Below the pieces are notes generated by a model, which was not told the DNA's origin, did not search any database, and saw nothing but the letters and a program-made list of their open reading frames with translations. A stretch of DNA of 43,354 bases from Chiloscyllium plagiosum (Eukaryota): NCBI RefSeq assembly GCF_004010195.1, contig NC_057752.1, positions 3,289,223 to 3,332,576 on the forward strand. The letters run 5' to 3'. The position numbers and the translations under genes are program-made. Below are positions 1 to 9,624 of the stretch, one piece after another; position 1 is the first letter of the stretch; the number at the start of each line of letters is the position of its first letter.

Positions 1-7
1 CACTGAC

Positions 8-115
8 ATTCTCACACACACACGCACACACAAACACACACACATTCTCACACATACACACACACTCTTACACACACTCTCTCTCATACACCCACACATA
101 CTCACACACACACTC
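8..115. repeat. Imperfect (CA)n/(CT)n microsatellite
   Basis: Runs of cacacaca interleaved with ctctct. Confidence 0.9.
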
Positions 116-469
116 AGCATGCCCTATCCATGCCCTTCCACCCACACTCTCCATGCTAAGCTGTGCCCCTCTGCACACCTCATGGCTCTGCATATCCTCG
201 ATGCCAACCCATGAGCTCCTATATCTCCAAGCTCTGATACCAACTTAATGCCAACTCCCCTTTGCCTCCCCGAGCACCATCAATTGTTATTACTCACTGT
301 CTACCATAGGTTGTCCTCAGAAACCATATTGGAACGAAATGGAATAAAGTTTTAAGTATCTATTACAGACTTCACTGGATACAGCACATGTAAATCCTTT
401 CGAGTACTTAATTTTGTCCACAGAATCGCAGATTTGTGACAGCGCATAAGCCCCATCATGCCTGAGTTG

Positions 470-1075
470 GTTCTAACACGTAATGCCAACCTCCTGCCTG
501 TACCCCATTTCTATTCCAATAACCATCCAATGCCCTTCTTGAATGCCTCAATGGAACCTGCCTCCCCCACATTCCCAGGCAGTACATTCCAGACCCTAAC
601 TACTCGCTGGGGGAGAAAGGTTTTCCTCACCTCCCCCTCACTTCATCCCCTTCAATCTCTGATCCTCTCGTTGCTGTTCCTTTTCCATGTGGGAACAGCT
701 TGTCCCGATCTACTCTGTCCAGCCCCCTCTCCCCATGATGTTGGAACCCTCTCTCAGATCTCCCTCTCAGCCTCCTTCTCCCCAAGGAGAACAGTCCCAA
801 TGTCTTCAATCTCTCCTCCTCACTGAAGTTTCTCATCCCTGGAACCATTCTGGTAAATCCCTTCTGCCCTCTCTCTCCAATGTGTTCACATCGTTCCGAT
901 AGTGTGGGGCCCACAACTGGACACAACCGTCCAGCTGAGGTCTAACAAGGGTCTTGTACAAGTTCAACATCACTTCCCTGCTCTTGTTCTCTATGTCCCT
1001 ATTAATAAAGCTGAGGACACTGTGTGCTTTATTATCTGCTCTCTCCATCTGTCCTGCCACCTTCGATGATCTGTA
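470..1075 (-). mobile_element. Degraded CR1-clade LINE, ORF2 C-terminal region
   Basis: Minus-strand frames read LNLYKTLVRPQLDGCVQLWAPHYRNDV and EERLKTLGLFSLGRRRLRG, typical CR1 RT C-terminus; frameshifted. Confidence 0.9.
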
Positions 1076-1358
1076 TATATATTAATCCATAAAATCAAAT
1101 AGTTATTTCATAACAAAGACAGATATTCCTGACATAACTACTTGGAGATGTCAATAAAATTATGAACCCGTATGCACCCACTGTTTTGGTGTAGCAGTAC
1201 TAACTCTACAAAGATACCCCCTCAGGCTTATGTCAACAGACCTGTTGAAACTGCAGCTGAGCAATACAGCAGGATGTGCTTTGTCCTATCACCTTTAAAC
1301 AGCAGGGGATTTAAATTACTCAACAGCTTGACGGCTCAACAGAAGCTACCTAATTGTA

Positions 1359-1646
1359 GGTGGCATGGTGGCTCAGTGGTTAGCACTGCTGCCTCACAGC
1401 ACCAGGAACCCAGGTTCAATTCCAGCCTCGGGCAACTGTCTCTGTGGAGTTTGCACATTCTTCCCGTGTCTGGGTGGGGTTCCTCCCACAGTCCAAAGAT
1501 GTGCAGGTTAGGGTGGATTGGCCGTGCTAAAATTGCCCATAGTGTTAGGTGCGTTAGTCAGAGGGAAGTGAATTACTCTTCGGAGGGTTGGTGTGGACAT
1601 ATTGGGCCGAAGAGCCTGTTTCCACTCTGTAGGCAATCTAATGCAT
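1359..1646 (+). mobile_element. HE1-type V-SINE (tRNA-derived)
   Basis: tRNA-like head GGTGGCATGGTGGCTCAGTGGTTAGCACTGCTGCCTCACAG, B box GGTTCAATTCC, core TGTGGAGTTTGCACATTCT, LINE-like tail GGGCCGAAGAGCCTGTTTCCAC. Confidence 0.9.
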
Positions 1647-1952
1647 GACTACTTTTAACAAAACCTAACAGGGTACTTGACTTCTCCAAAGAACTGCAAT
1701 AGGTTTGCACCTTTACTCCAGCTTGTGAAATCCTCATGTCATGTTTCAGAATCTTAAGCGGCAAGCATCGCTCGAGAACCTCCAGGAAACCTCCAGGAAA
1801 TGAGGAAGAGCACTTCTGATTCTGGCTTTTATTTGCTGTAACATCAGAAAATGTTCCAGGCACAATCGGGTAGATAATGTGGCCCCTGGAGCAGAGGCCG
1901 GAACCATACTTATAGCTCTGCTGTTACTCTTGAAGCTGTCTTAAGATTAAAA

Positions 1953-2550
1953 GAGTCATAGAGCTGTACCGCACAGACTCAGACCCTTCGGTCCGACTGC
2001 TGACCAGATGTCCCAACCTAATCTCGTCCTGTTTGCCAGCACTTGGCCCATATTCCTCCAAACCCTTCCTATTCATATACCCATCCAGATGCCTTTTAAA
2101 TGTTGCAATTGTACCAGCCTCCACCACTTCCTCTGGCAGCTCATTCCATACATGTACCACCCTCTGTGTGAAAAAGTTGCCCCTTACATCCCTTTTATAT
2201 CTTTCCCCTCTCACCCTAAACCTATGCTGTCTAGTTCTGGACTCCCCCACCCCAGGGAGAAGACCTTGTCTATTTACCCTATCCATGCCTCTCATGATTT
2301 TATAAACTTCTATAAGGTCACCCCCTCTGCCTCTGACACTCCAGGGAAAACAGCCCCAGCCTATTCAGCCTCTCCCTGTAGCTCAAATCCTCCAACCCTG
2401 GCAACATCTTTTCTGAACCCTTTCAAGTTTCACAACATCCTTCCTGTAGCAGGGTGACCAGAATTGCACACACAGTGTTCCAAAAGTGGCCTAACCAATG
2501 TCCTGTACAGCTGCAACATGACCTCCCAACTCCTGTACCTAATGCTCTGA
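1953..2550 (-). mobile_element. HER1/CR1 LINE 3' end (5'-truncated)
   Basis: ORF 1924..2295 MRGMDRVNRQGLLPGVGESRTRQHRFRVRGERYKRDVRGNFFTQRVVHVWNELPEEVV; 3' UTR ending CTCTATGACTC on minus strand. Confidence 0.95.
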
Positions 2551-2689
2551 CTCTCCTATGAGTTTGTTCATATTCACTTCAGCATTTCACTACCTTTGCA
2601 AAGAATGACACTCAAAGTGAGAAGCTCTAATTAAAACTGAATGGGTGATGGTCCTGCAAAAGCAAATTGCAAAGAGGTGTGTTAATAAA

Positions 2690-3005
2690 GGATTTTATCC
2701 GGCCGAGATACAGACAATTTTTCCACTTGTCAGGGATTCTAAAACTAGCAGCCATACATATAAGGTACTAATAAATCCAACTGGGACTTCAACGTATACA
2801 TCTTTACTCAGAGAGTGGTTCAAACGTACCTCGGGGAGTCGTCTGGTCAATAATATATTTGCATTTAAGGGAAAACGAGATAAGTGTGAGGGAGGAAGGA
2901 TTTGAAGGATTTGTGGATAGGAAGCAGAGCAGGACGAGACTTCTGAAGGTTATAAACTGTAGTACAGAACAATTGGGACAAATGGTTTGCTTCTGTGGTG
3001 TAAAC
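2690..3005 (+). mobile_element. Old degraded CR1-like 3' end
   Basis: Residual TTTCCACTTG..TCTAAAACTAG..CTTTACTCAGAGAGTGGTT..GCATTTAAGGG pattern. Confidence 0.55.
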
Positions 3006-3569
3006 ACGACACACTATTAATTAAGCAGCAACAATATACTACATAGTGATCACAGTCCTTTTGTGTTTGACATTAGACAGCCGTTATAGAGAGAAATTTG
3101 TCCCTGCACATTTTTATGAAGATTATAGGGGTCCTCCTTCTCGGGAACCAGATCAGACCACTCCAAAGTATATTATGGAGATGGCTGAGTCTTTAACTTT
3201 TATATTATTTGTAAAGGCAAGTCTCAGGAGCTGCGTTCCAGACATGGTTCGGTTGGTCCACCACGAAGCTTTAATCCAAACACACTTTATTCTTCAAATA
3301 CAACCAAAGGAAGGATTGGCATGTCGTCACCCTATGGGAAATACGAAACAGGGTGATGCATTATATAACCACAAACATCACTCGTTTCCAAAGCAGGTAG
3401 CATCCCATAAACACACCCTTGACAAAGGCAATTTAGCAACACAGCTATTATTCTCCCACGCTGTCTCTCTCCAGTCCAGTAGAAAGAAGCATCAAAAGAA
3501 GCGATCTGCCACTTTTGATTTTTGAGAGGTAGCCTCATTGTCTAAACAGCTTTTAACTCCAACGGCCAC

Positions 3570-3647
3570 CATAGAGTCGTAGAGGTGTACAGCACAGAAA
3601 CAGACCCTTCAGTCCAACTTGTCCATGCCGACCAGATATCCCAACCA
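3570..3647 (-). mobile_element. HER1/CR1 3' terminal fragment
   Basis: CATAGAGTCGTAGAGGTGTACAGCACAGAAACAGACCCTTC matches the 3' ends at 1953, 4815 and 30376. Confidence 0.85.
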
Positions 3648-4654
3648 GAATTTTTCTCACTCATTAAGAGCAAAATTAAAGCCTTCTGAGTCTGTGTGAG
3701 CCTGACTCTGCCCACTCACGATTCTTCTGCCTTAGTTCAAATAACATCACTCAGGGAGAACTCAAAACTGCTTACCAAGGAATACTGCACTCAATCCTGG
3801 TCTCCCTCCTGTAGGAACAGAGTTTTACATGGATTCATGCAGTTTTTGAGCAAAATAAAATGTAATTCCGTAAATAAGGTGGGGTGGGGAATTAGGGGAG
3901 GGGGAAATACAGCTTGTAGCTCCCTCTGTTGTACCTCTCGGTGATGAAACACCAACTGGGAGAAAGAACCGTGGACCTACTCTCACCACGATATCGCCTT
4001 TCCCATTGCGTTTAACACCGAGCAAGCTGTTGCCTGAAGTAGGAAGATAACTGGCGAACACTGCAATCTCTAACACCTTTATTATCCGGGCAAAGACGTC
4101 CACAGTTATAAAATAAGGCTCAACCGTGGCCCCGGGGATGTACACCTGTTCCCTGCGCAATTAGATTCGGAATGCAGACCCTGAGCTGTAGAATTCTGCC
4201 TGCTTCCCTCCAGGTCTACTGGGAAATAAATGGCAACTGTCCGAATTTATCTCCTCACTAACTGTTCCTGGTCGCTGCTTGGACTATTTATTAACAACTT
4301 GCCCCTGAGCAAAACATGCTGCTTGATAATCGTTCTGCCCTTCCAAATGGCATTAGAATTTAGGTTCGCTTCAGCGGGATTTTTTTTTTTGGAAAGACAG
4401 CCTGGGAACTGACAGAAGGAATTCATGGTGAGCTTTGCATGCTGAGAAAGTCCGTCAGGAATTCTGAGGCCCTCGGTGGGGGGAGCGGTTTAGCGTACTG
4501 TCACGGTTTCGATTTGCTGGGAATTTTGAGGGTGGGATTTGCGTGGGAGGAGGTGCCTTATTCTCGATATCTGAATATCTACTCCAGTCTGACGAGGAAG
4601 CACTCATTCATAAGGCTGGTGTGGCGGTACTGTGCCTTTAAGAGATGTGGTCAC

Positions 4655-4735
4655 AAGTCACGTGACACCAAGTTATAGTCCCACAGGTTTATTTGAAATC
4701 ACAAGCTTTCGGAGCGCTGCTCCTTCGTCAGGTGA
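4655..4735 (-). mobile_element. PLE family B terminal fragment
   Basis: Same sequence as 5632-5727 and 30950-30990 (CACCAGGTTATAGTCCAACAGGTTT). Confidence 0.8.
4699..4735 (-). ncRNA. Minimal hammerhead ribozyme, core intact
   Basis: Minus strand: UCAC-CUGACGA-A-GGAGC(agc)GCUCC-GAAA-GCUU/GUGA; stem I UCAC:GUGA, palindromic AGCU stem III. Confidence 0.8.
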
Positions 4736-4814
4736 CATGATCTGTTCTGACCTGCTTCTCCTGCAGAGGGGGGTTGTCACACTGGTGCTAAAGCGTCTCC
4801 ATGAGACAGGCCTT

Positions 4815-5551
4815 CATAGAGTCATTGAGATGTACAACACGGAAACAGACCCTTCGGTCCAACACGTCCATGCTGACTAGATATCCCAACTCAATCTCGT
4901 CCCATTTGCCAGCACTTGGCCCATATCCCTCCAAACCCTTCCTATTCATGTCTCCATCCTGATGCCTTTTAAATGCTGTAACTGTACCAGCCTACACCAC
5001 TTCCTCTGGCAGCTCATTCCATACACGTACCACCCTCTGCGTGAAAAAGTTGCCCCTTAGGTCCCTTTTATATCTTTCCCCTCTCATCCTAAATCTATGC
5101 CCTCTAGTTCTGGACTCCCCCACCCCAGGGAAAAGACTTTGCCTATTTACCCTATCCATGCCCCTCATAATTTTGTAAACCTCTATAAGGTCACCCCTCA
5201 GCCTCCGATGCTCCAGGGAAAACAGCCCCAGCCTGTTCAGCCTCTCCCTGTAGCTCAAATCCTCCAACCCTGGCAACATCCTTGCAAATCTTTTCTGAAC
5301 CCTTTCAAGTTTCACAACATCTTTCCGACAGGAAGGAGACCAGAATTGCACACAATATTCCAACAGTGGCCTAACCAATGTCCTGTACAGCCGCAACATG
5401 ACCTCCCAACTCCTGTACCCAATACTCTGACCGATAAAAGAAAGCATACCAAACGCCTTCTTCACTATTCTATCTACCTGTGACTCCACTTTCAAGGAGC
5501 TATGAACCTGCACTTCAAGGTCTCTTTGTTCAGCAACACTCCCCAGGACCT
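4815..5551 (-). mobile_element. HER1/CR1 LINE, well-preserved RT C-terminus plus 3' UTR
   Basis: Open frame VLGSVAEQRDLEVQVHSSLKVESQVDRIVKKAFGMLSFI..LYRTLVRPLLEYCVQFWSP..ERVQKRFARMLPGL..RRLRGDLIEVYKIM..VWNELPEEVV. Confidence 0.97.
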
Positions 5552-5638
5552 TACAAAGATTACTCACTATATCACATCTCCATGACACTGGGCTCCTTTG
5601 GCTGTAAGTTCGGTGATCATGATCTGAACCTCCACAAC

Positions 5639-5673
5639 CACCTGATGAAGGAGCAGCGCTCCGAAAGCTAGTG
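5639..5673 (+). ncRNA. Minimal hammerhead ribozyme, core intact
   Basis: CAC-CUGAUGA-A-GGAGC(agc)GCUCC-GAAA-GCUA/GUG. Confidence 0.8.
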
Positions 5674-5727
5674 CTTCCCAATGAACCTGTTGGACTATAA
5701 CCTGGTATTGTGTGATTTTTAACTTTG

Positions 5728-5991
5728 CAAAAGTGAGGACTGCAGATGCTGGAAACCAGAGTGGTGCTGGAAAAGCACAGCAGGTCAGGCAGCATCCGAG
5801 GAGCAGGAAAATCGGTGTTGCGGGCAAAAGCCCTTCATCAGGACTGGTTTAACAAACTGTGCAGTCTATTTGGTGGGTTAACAAACTGGGTAGTCTATGT
5901 GGTGATTCCTGATGAAGGGCTTTTGCCCGAAACGTCAATTTTCCTGCTCCTTGGATGCTGCCTGACCTGCTGTGCTTTTCCAGCACCACTC
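5728..5991. mobile_element. Inverted PLE family A cassette with 15-bp TSD
   Basis: Arms ~5757-5843 and ~5907-5993 are reverse complements; flanked by TGATTTTTAACTTTG at 5713-5727 and 5992-6006. Confidence 0.85.
5905..5940 (+). ncRNA. Hammerhead motif, intact core, weakened stem I
   Basis: CUGAUGA-A-GGGC(uuuu)GCCC-GAAA-CGUC; the opposite-strand copy at ~5810-5843 has GAAA>GCAA. Confidence 0.7.
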
Positions 5992-6452
5992 TGATTTTTA
6001 ACTTTGTCCATTCCAGTCCAACACCGGCATCTCCACATCGTCTCCCCCTCCTGTGCTACACCCCGGGTCAATGTGGCTGGAGAGTCTCACGAAGCGAGAG
6101 CTCAGCGTGCTGCTCGCAAAATGTCAGACGTGTCCACAGATCGAGGTGTGAGCAAATGCAACCAAGCCTAAGCAGAACAGAGAACGGATGGGGGGGGGGG
6201 TGTCAAACATCCTTGGCTGCATGAAGTGCTGCAGTGGTTTGGTCACCCTGCCTGTAACCTAAAGACCCAAGCATGCTCTGACAACAAACGCCAGCATTTT
6301 GAATCCCACCAGGGCAGCTGACAAATCTGGAATTAAAAGCTAATCTTCACGCTGGTGATCAAGGAAACCATGAATAGTCATAAAAACCCATCTTGTTCAC
6401 TCATGGGAACTAAGTCTGCCGTCGTGCCTCGGTCTGGCTCATGCAGTTGACT

Positions 6453-6693
6453 AGGCGAAAGTGAGGACTGCAGATGCTGGAGATCAGAGTCAAGATTCAA
6501 GCAGTGCTGGAAAAGCCCAGCAGGTCAGGCAGCATCCGAGTCGCAGGAAAATCAACATTTCGGGCAGGAGCCCTTCATCAGGGATGAGGCGAAGGAACTA
6601 GTCTCATTCCTGATGAGGGCTCCTGCCCGAAACATCGATTTTCCTGCTCCTTGGATGCTGCCTGACCTGCTGTGCTTTTCCAGCACCACTCTA
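6453..6693. mobile_element. Inverted PLE family A cassette with 12-bp TSD and two hammerhead motifs
   Basis: Arms ~6503-6588 and ~6604-6690 are reverse complements; ATGCAGTTGACT at 6441-6452 and 6694-6705; cores at ~6553-6581 (-) and 6610-6636 (+). Confidence 0.85.
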
Positions 6694-6719
6694 ATGCAGT
6701 TGACTCTTGGCTGTAAATA

Positions 6720-7048
6720 GGGCGGCATGGTGGCTCAGTGATTAACACCGCTGCCTCACAGCACCAGGGGTCTGGGTTCGAATCCAGCCTTGGGCGACTG
6801 CCTGTGTGGAGTTTGCGCATTCTCCCCGTGTCTGCGTGGGTTTCCTCCCACAATCCAAAGATGTGCAGGTTAGGGAGAATTGGCCACACTAAATTGCCCA
6901 GAGTGTTCAGGGATGTGTAGGTTAGGTGTATTAGTCTGGGGTAAATGTAGGGTAATAGGGGAACAAGTCTGGGTTGATTACTCTTTGCTGGGTTGGTGTG
7001 AACTTGTTGGGCCGAAGGGCCTGTTGCCACCCTGTAGGGATTCTATGA
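6720..7048 (+). mobile_element. HE1-type V-SINE, full length
   Basis: Head GGGCGGCATGGTGGCTCAGTG, B box GGTTCGAATCC, tail CTGTAGGGATTCTATGA. Confidence 0.92.
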
Positions 7049-7065
7049 CAAAAATAACAAAACAG

Positions 7066-7382
7066 TGGGTCAGGCAGCATCCATGTGGAGAGAGCAAGCT
7101 AACATGTTGAGCCTAGATGACTCTTTATCAGAACTGATGGGAAGGGGGCATATATGCAATAGTAGGGGTGGGGGGTGGAGTGCTGGGGGAGAAAGGATGT
7201 TGACAGTTCAGATTAAGTGATGGGAATGTGAGAATGGCTGAACAATGGTGTGTCCAACTACCAGATTGGAAAGTACAGACAGTCCCACTGGGGTGGGAGA
7301 GGGGAGAGAGGACACAGTGACAGAGAATGGAACAGGTAAAGCTAAAAGAGAGGGGAGGAATGGGAGTGGGTTCACAATTTGA
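7066..7382 (-). mobile_element. PLE 3' region with decayed hammerhead
   Basis: GGTCAGGCAGCATCC shared with family A; minus strand TTCTGATAAAGAGTCATCTAGGCTCAACATGTT is a mutated CUGAUGA..GAAACGUU motif. Confidence 0.55.
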
Positions 7383-7428
7383 ACTGCCCTCTGAAATGGC
7401 CTGGCAAACCACTCAGTTCAAGGGCAAG

Positions 7429-7607
7429 GTTAGATTAGATTACATTACATTACAGTGTGAAAACAGGCCCTTCGGCCCAACAAGTCCACACTGACCCGCC
7501 AAAGCGCAACCCACCCATACCCCTAACCTAACACTACAGGCAATTTAGCATGGCCAATTCACCTGACCTGCACATCTAGCAGTGCTAACCACTGTGCCAC
7601 CGTGCCC
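7429..7607 (-). mobile_element. Internally deleted HE1-type SINE
   Basis: Tail (TTAGA/TTACA)n..AACAGGCCCTTCGGCCCAACAAGTCC joined to head GCAGTGCTAACCACTGTGCCACCGTGCCC. Confidence 0.85.
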
Positions 7608-8779
7608 ACAACTGGAGAAAGGGAACACAAGCCAATCTCGCCAGTAATGCCCACAAAGAATACCAAATCAAAGACTGCTTTGTTGGCTTGGAAAGGCACT
7701 GCAGAAATGAAGCCTTTCTTTCAGGTATGGAAGGTTAAAACAAAACATTTTTTTTAAAAAAACAGCTGGACTTTCCTCTTCCGATGGGAAGATCCGAATG
7801 GACAAGCATGCGGGTGAGTACTTCAGGTGAGAGTGTGATGGTAATGCCCGCTGTTGGTAACCCCTATGTTGGCACACATGCGAAGGGTGGCTGGCACTTG
7901 ACCAACTGCACCCACCAGCCTTCGCAGCTTGATGGATCAGCATAGGGCTGTCTGAGGAGGGCTGTGGGGGGGTGGGGGGATTGGTGTGGTGAAGGGGGAT
8001 GGTGTGATGAGGGTGGGGGGAGTAGTGAGTCAGAACAGTAGTTGTGCAGCAAGGAATAGTGCCTTAGCAAACCCTCCAATGCTGCCAACACAAAAATAAT
8101 AGGGCACAAAGCTGATGCCAGATTAAAACCAAAACAATACACATTACAGAAAATACCCGGACATTATTAAGTGGCTGCAATCGAATCTTGAGGATTCCAA
8201 TGGCCATTAGAATCCACTCGAGATTTCTAATGGTTTATGGTGTAATCTGGATTTTTCAAATTGCATTACAGCCTTTGCAATCACTCCTGAGTGTCCATTA
8301 TACTGCATTTAATATTCGTATGGATCGCTGTGCGCTGTCAAATGCGAGATAGCATGATTTATTTGTCTAATTGATGCTTAAATGGAGAAATGCCACTGAG
8401 ATTTTATTATCTTGTCCCTGAATGCTGGTTCTCAAGCTCCAAGAATTTCTCCCCACAACAGGCAGCTCGACAGAAGGCCGTGACTCCCAGAACCGTGCCC
8501 GATCCATTCCGTTGTTGACGCTTCCCATCTTGTCCTACCCTCTCCCTGTGAGTGAGCTTGGGCACCAGCTAATTGGCTATGATGGCATTGCCCTCAAGGA
8601 CCCAGTCACCAGCCCCAATATCAACTGAACTCAAGATAAAAAGGAAGAAGCAGAGGAAAGGGAAACAATAAGCAGAATTTTGGTCTTTTGAGACTCAGTG
8701 TAGAGGCAGGTCTGCCATTGGGAGTGACATGGTCTTGAGGCTGGGTGGTTTTTTTCTCCTGCAACCACATACAACCTTG

Positions 8780-9185
8780 AAGTGCAGGTTCATAGCTCCT
8801 TGAAAGTGGAGTGGCAGGTAGATAGGATAGTGAAGAAGGCGTTTGGTATGCTTTNNNNNNNNNNNNNNNNNNNNNNNNNNNNNNNNNNNNNNNNNNNNNN
8901 NNNNNNNNGAGGGGTGACCTTATAGAGGTTTACAAAATTATGAGGGGCATGGATAGGGTAAATAGACAAGGTTATTTTCCATGGGGTGTGGGAGTCCAGA
9001 ACTAGAGGGCATAGGTTTAGGGTGAGAAGGGAAAGATATAAAAGGGACCCAAGGGGCAACTTTTTCACACAGAGGATGGTACGAGCTGCCAGAAGAAGTG
9101 GTGGAGGCTGGTACAATGACAACGTTTAAAAGGCATCTGGATGGGTATATGAATAGCAAGGGTTTGGAGGGATATGGGCCAAGTG
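8780..9185 (+). mobile_element. HER1/CR1 LINE fragment spanning an assembly gap (N 8855-8908)
   Basis: Reverse complement of 4900-5510. Confidence 0.92.
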
Positions 9186-9189
9186 CATC

Positions 9190-9449
9190 CCATCCAGACT
9201 CACCTCCATATCCTATACTATAACCCTGTACTCCCCATGGCTAATCCATCTAATCTGCACATCCCCAGACACAATGGGCAATTTCCCATGGCCAATCCAC
9301 CTAGCCTACACATCTTTGGACTGTGGGAGGAAACCCACAGGGGGAGAATGTGCCAAATCCACACAGACAGTCACCCAAGGCTGGAATCGAACTTGGGTCC
9401 CTGGCGCTATGAGGCAGCAGTGCTAACCACTGAGCCACCGTGCCACCCC
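9190..9449 (-). mobile_element. HE1-type V-SINE
   Basis: GAGGCAGCAGTGCTAACCACTGAGCCACCGTGCCACCC head on minus strand. Confidence 0.9.
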
Positions 9450-9624
9450 ATTGGCATTACTTCTCCCAAATCACCCTGCCGGGAGGTGTGATGACAGTAC
9501 AGCCGACAGTGGGACTGGAACCCAACATAGATGATGGACCTCTGGACCCATCTATTCCTGAGCTGATAAAGAAGTGTCTGCAAGCAAGGGATCATTGGCT
9601 AGAGGTGCTCAAGGTCAAGATTAG

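Larger units (their letters stand above)
5552..6039 (+). mobile_element. PLE family B terminal repeat, interrupted by a family A cassette
   Basis: Hammerhead at 5639, then CCTGTTGGACTATAACCTGG..TGATTTTTAACTTTG, resuming at 5992 with TCCAGTCCAACACCGGCATCTCCA. Confidence 0.8.
6228..7660 (+). mobile_element. Old tRNA-derived SINE split by four nested insertions
   Basis: Pieces at 6228-6452 (GAATCCCACC..AAAAACCCATCTTGTTCACT), 7381-7428 (CCCTCTGAAATGGCCTGGCAAACCACTCAGTTCAAGGGCAA) and 7608-7660; tail resembles the LINE 3' end at 21600-21657. Confidence 0.6.

Noticed and set aside
1359..1430. tRNA genes at SINE heads
   Set aside because: A/B boxes run directly into the V-SINE body; tRNA-derived, not tRNA genes
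4992..5795. Longest ORF (267 aa) as a gene
   Set aside because: Chimeric read-through across PLE family A, PLE family B and a truncated CR1 RT C-terminus; no evidence of domestication
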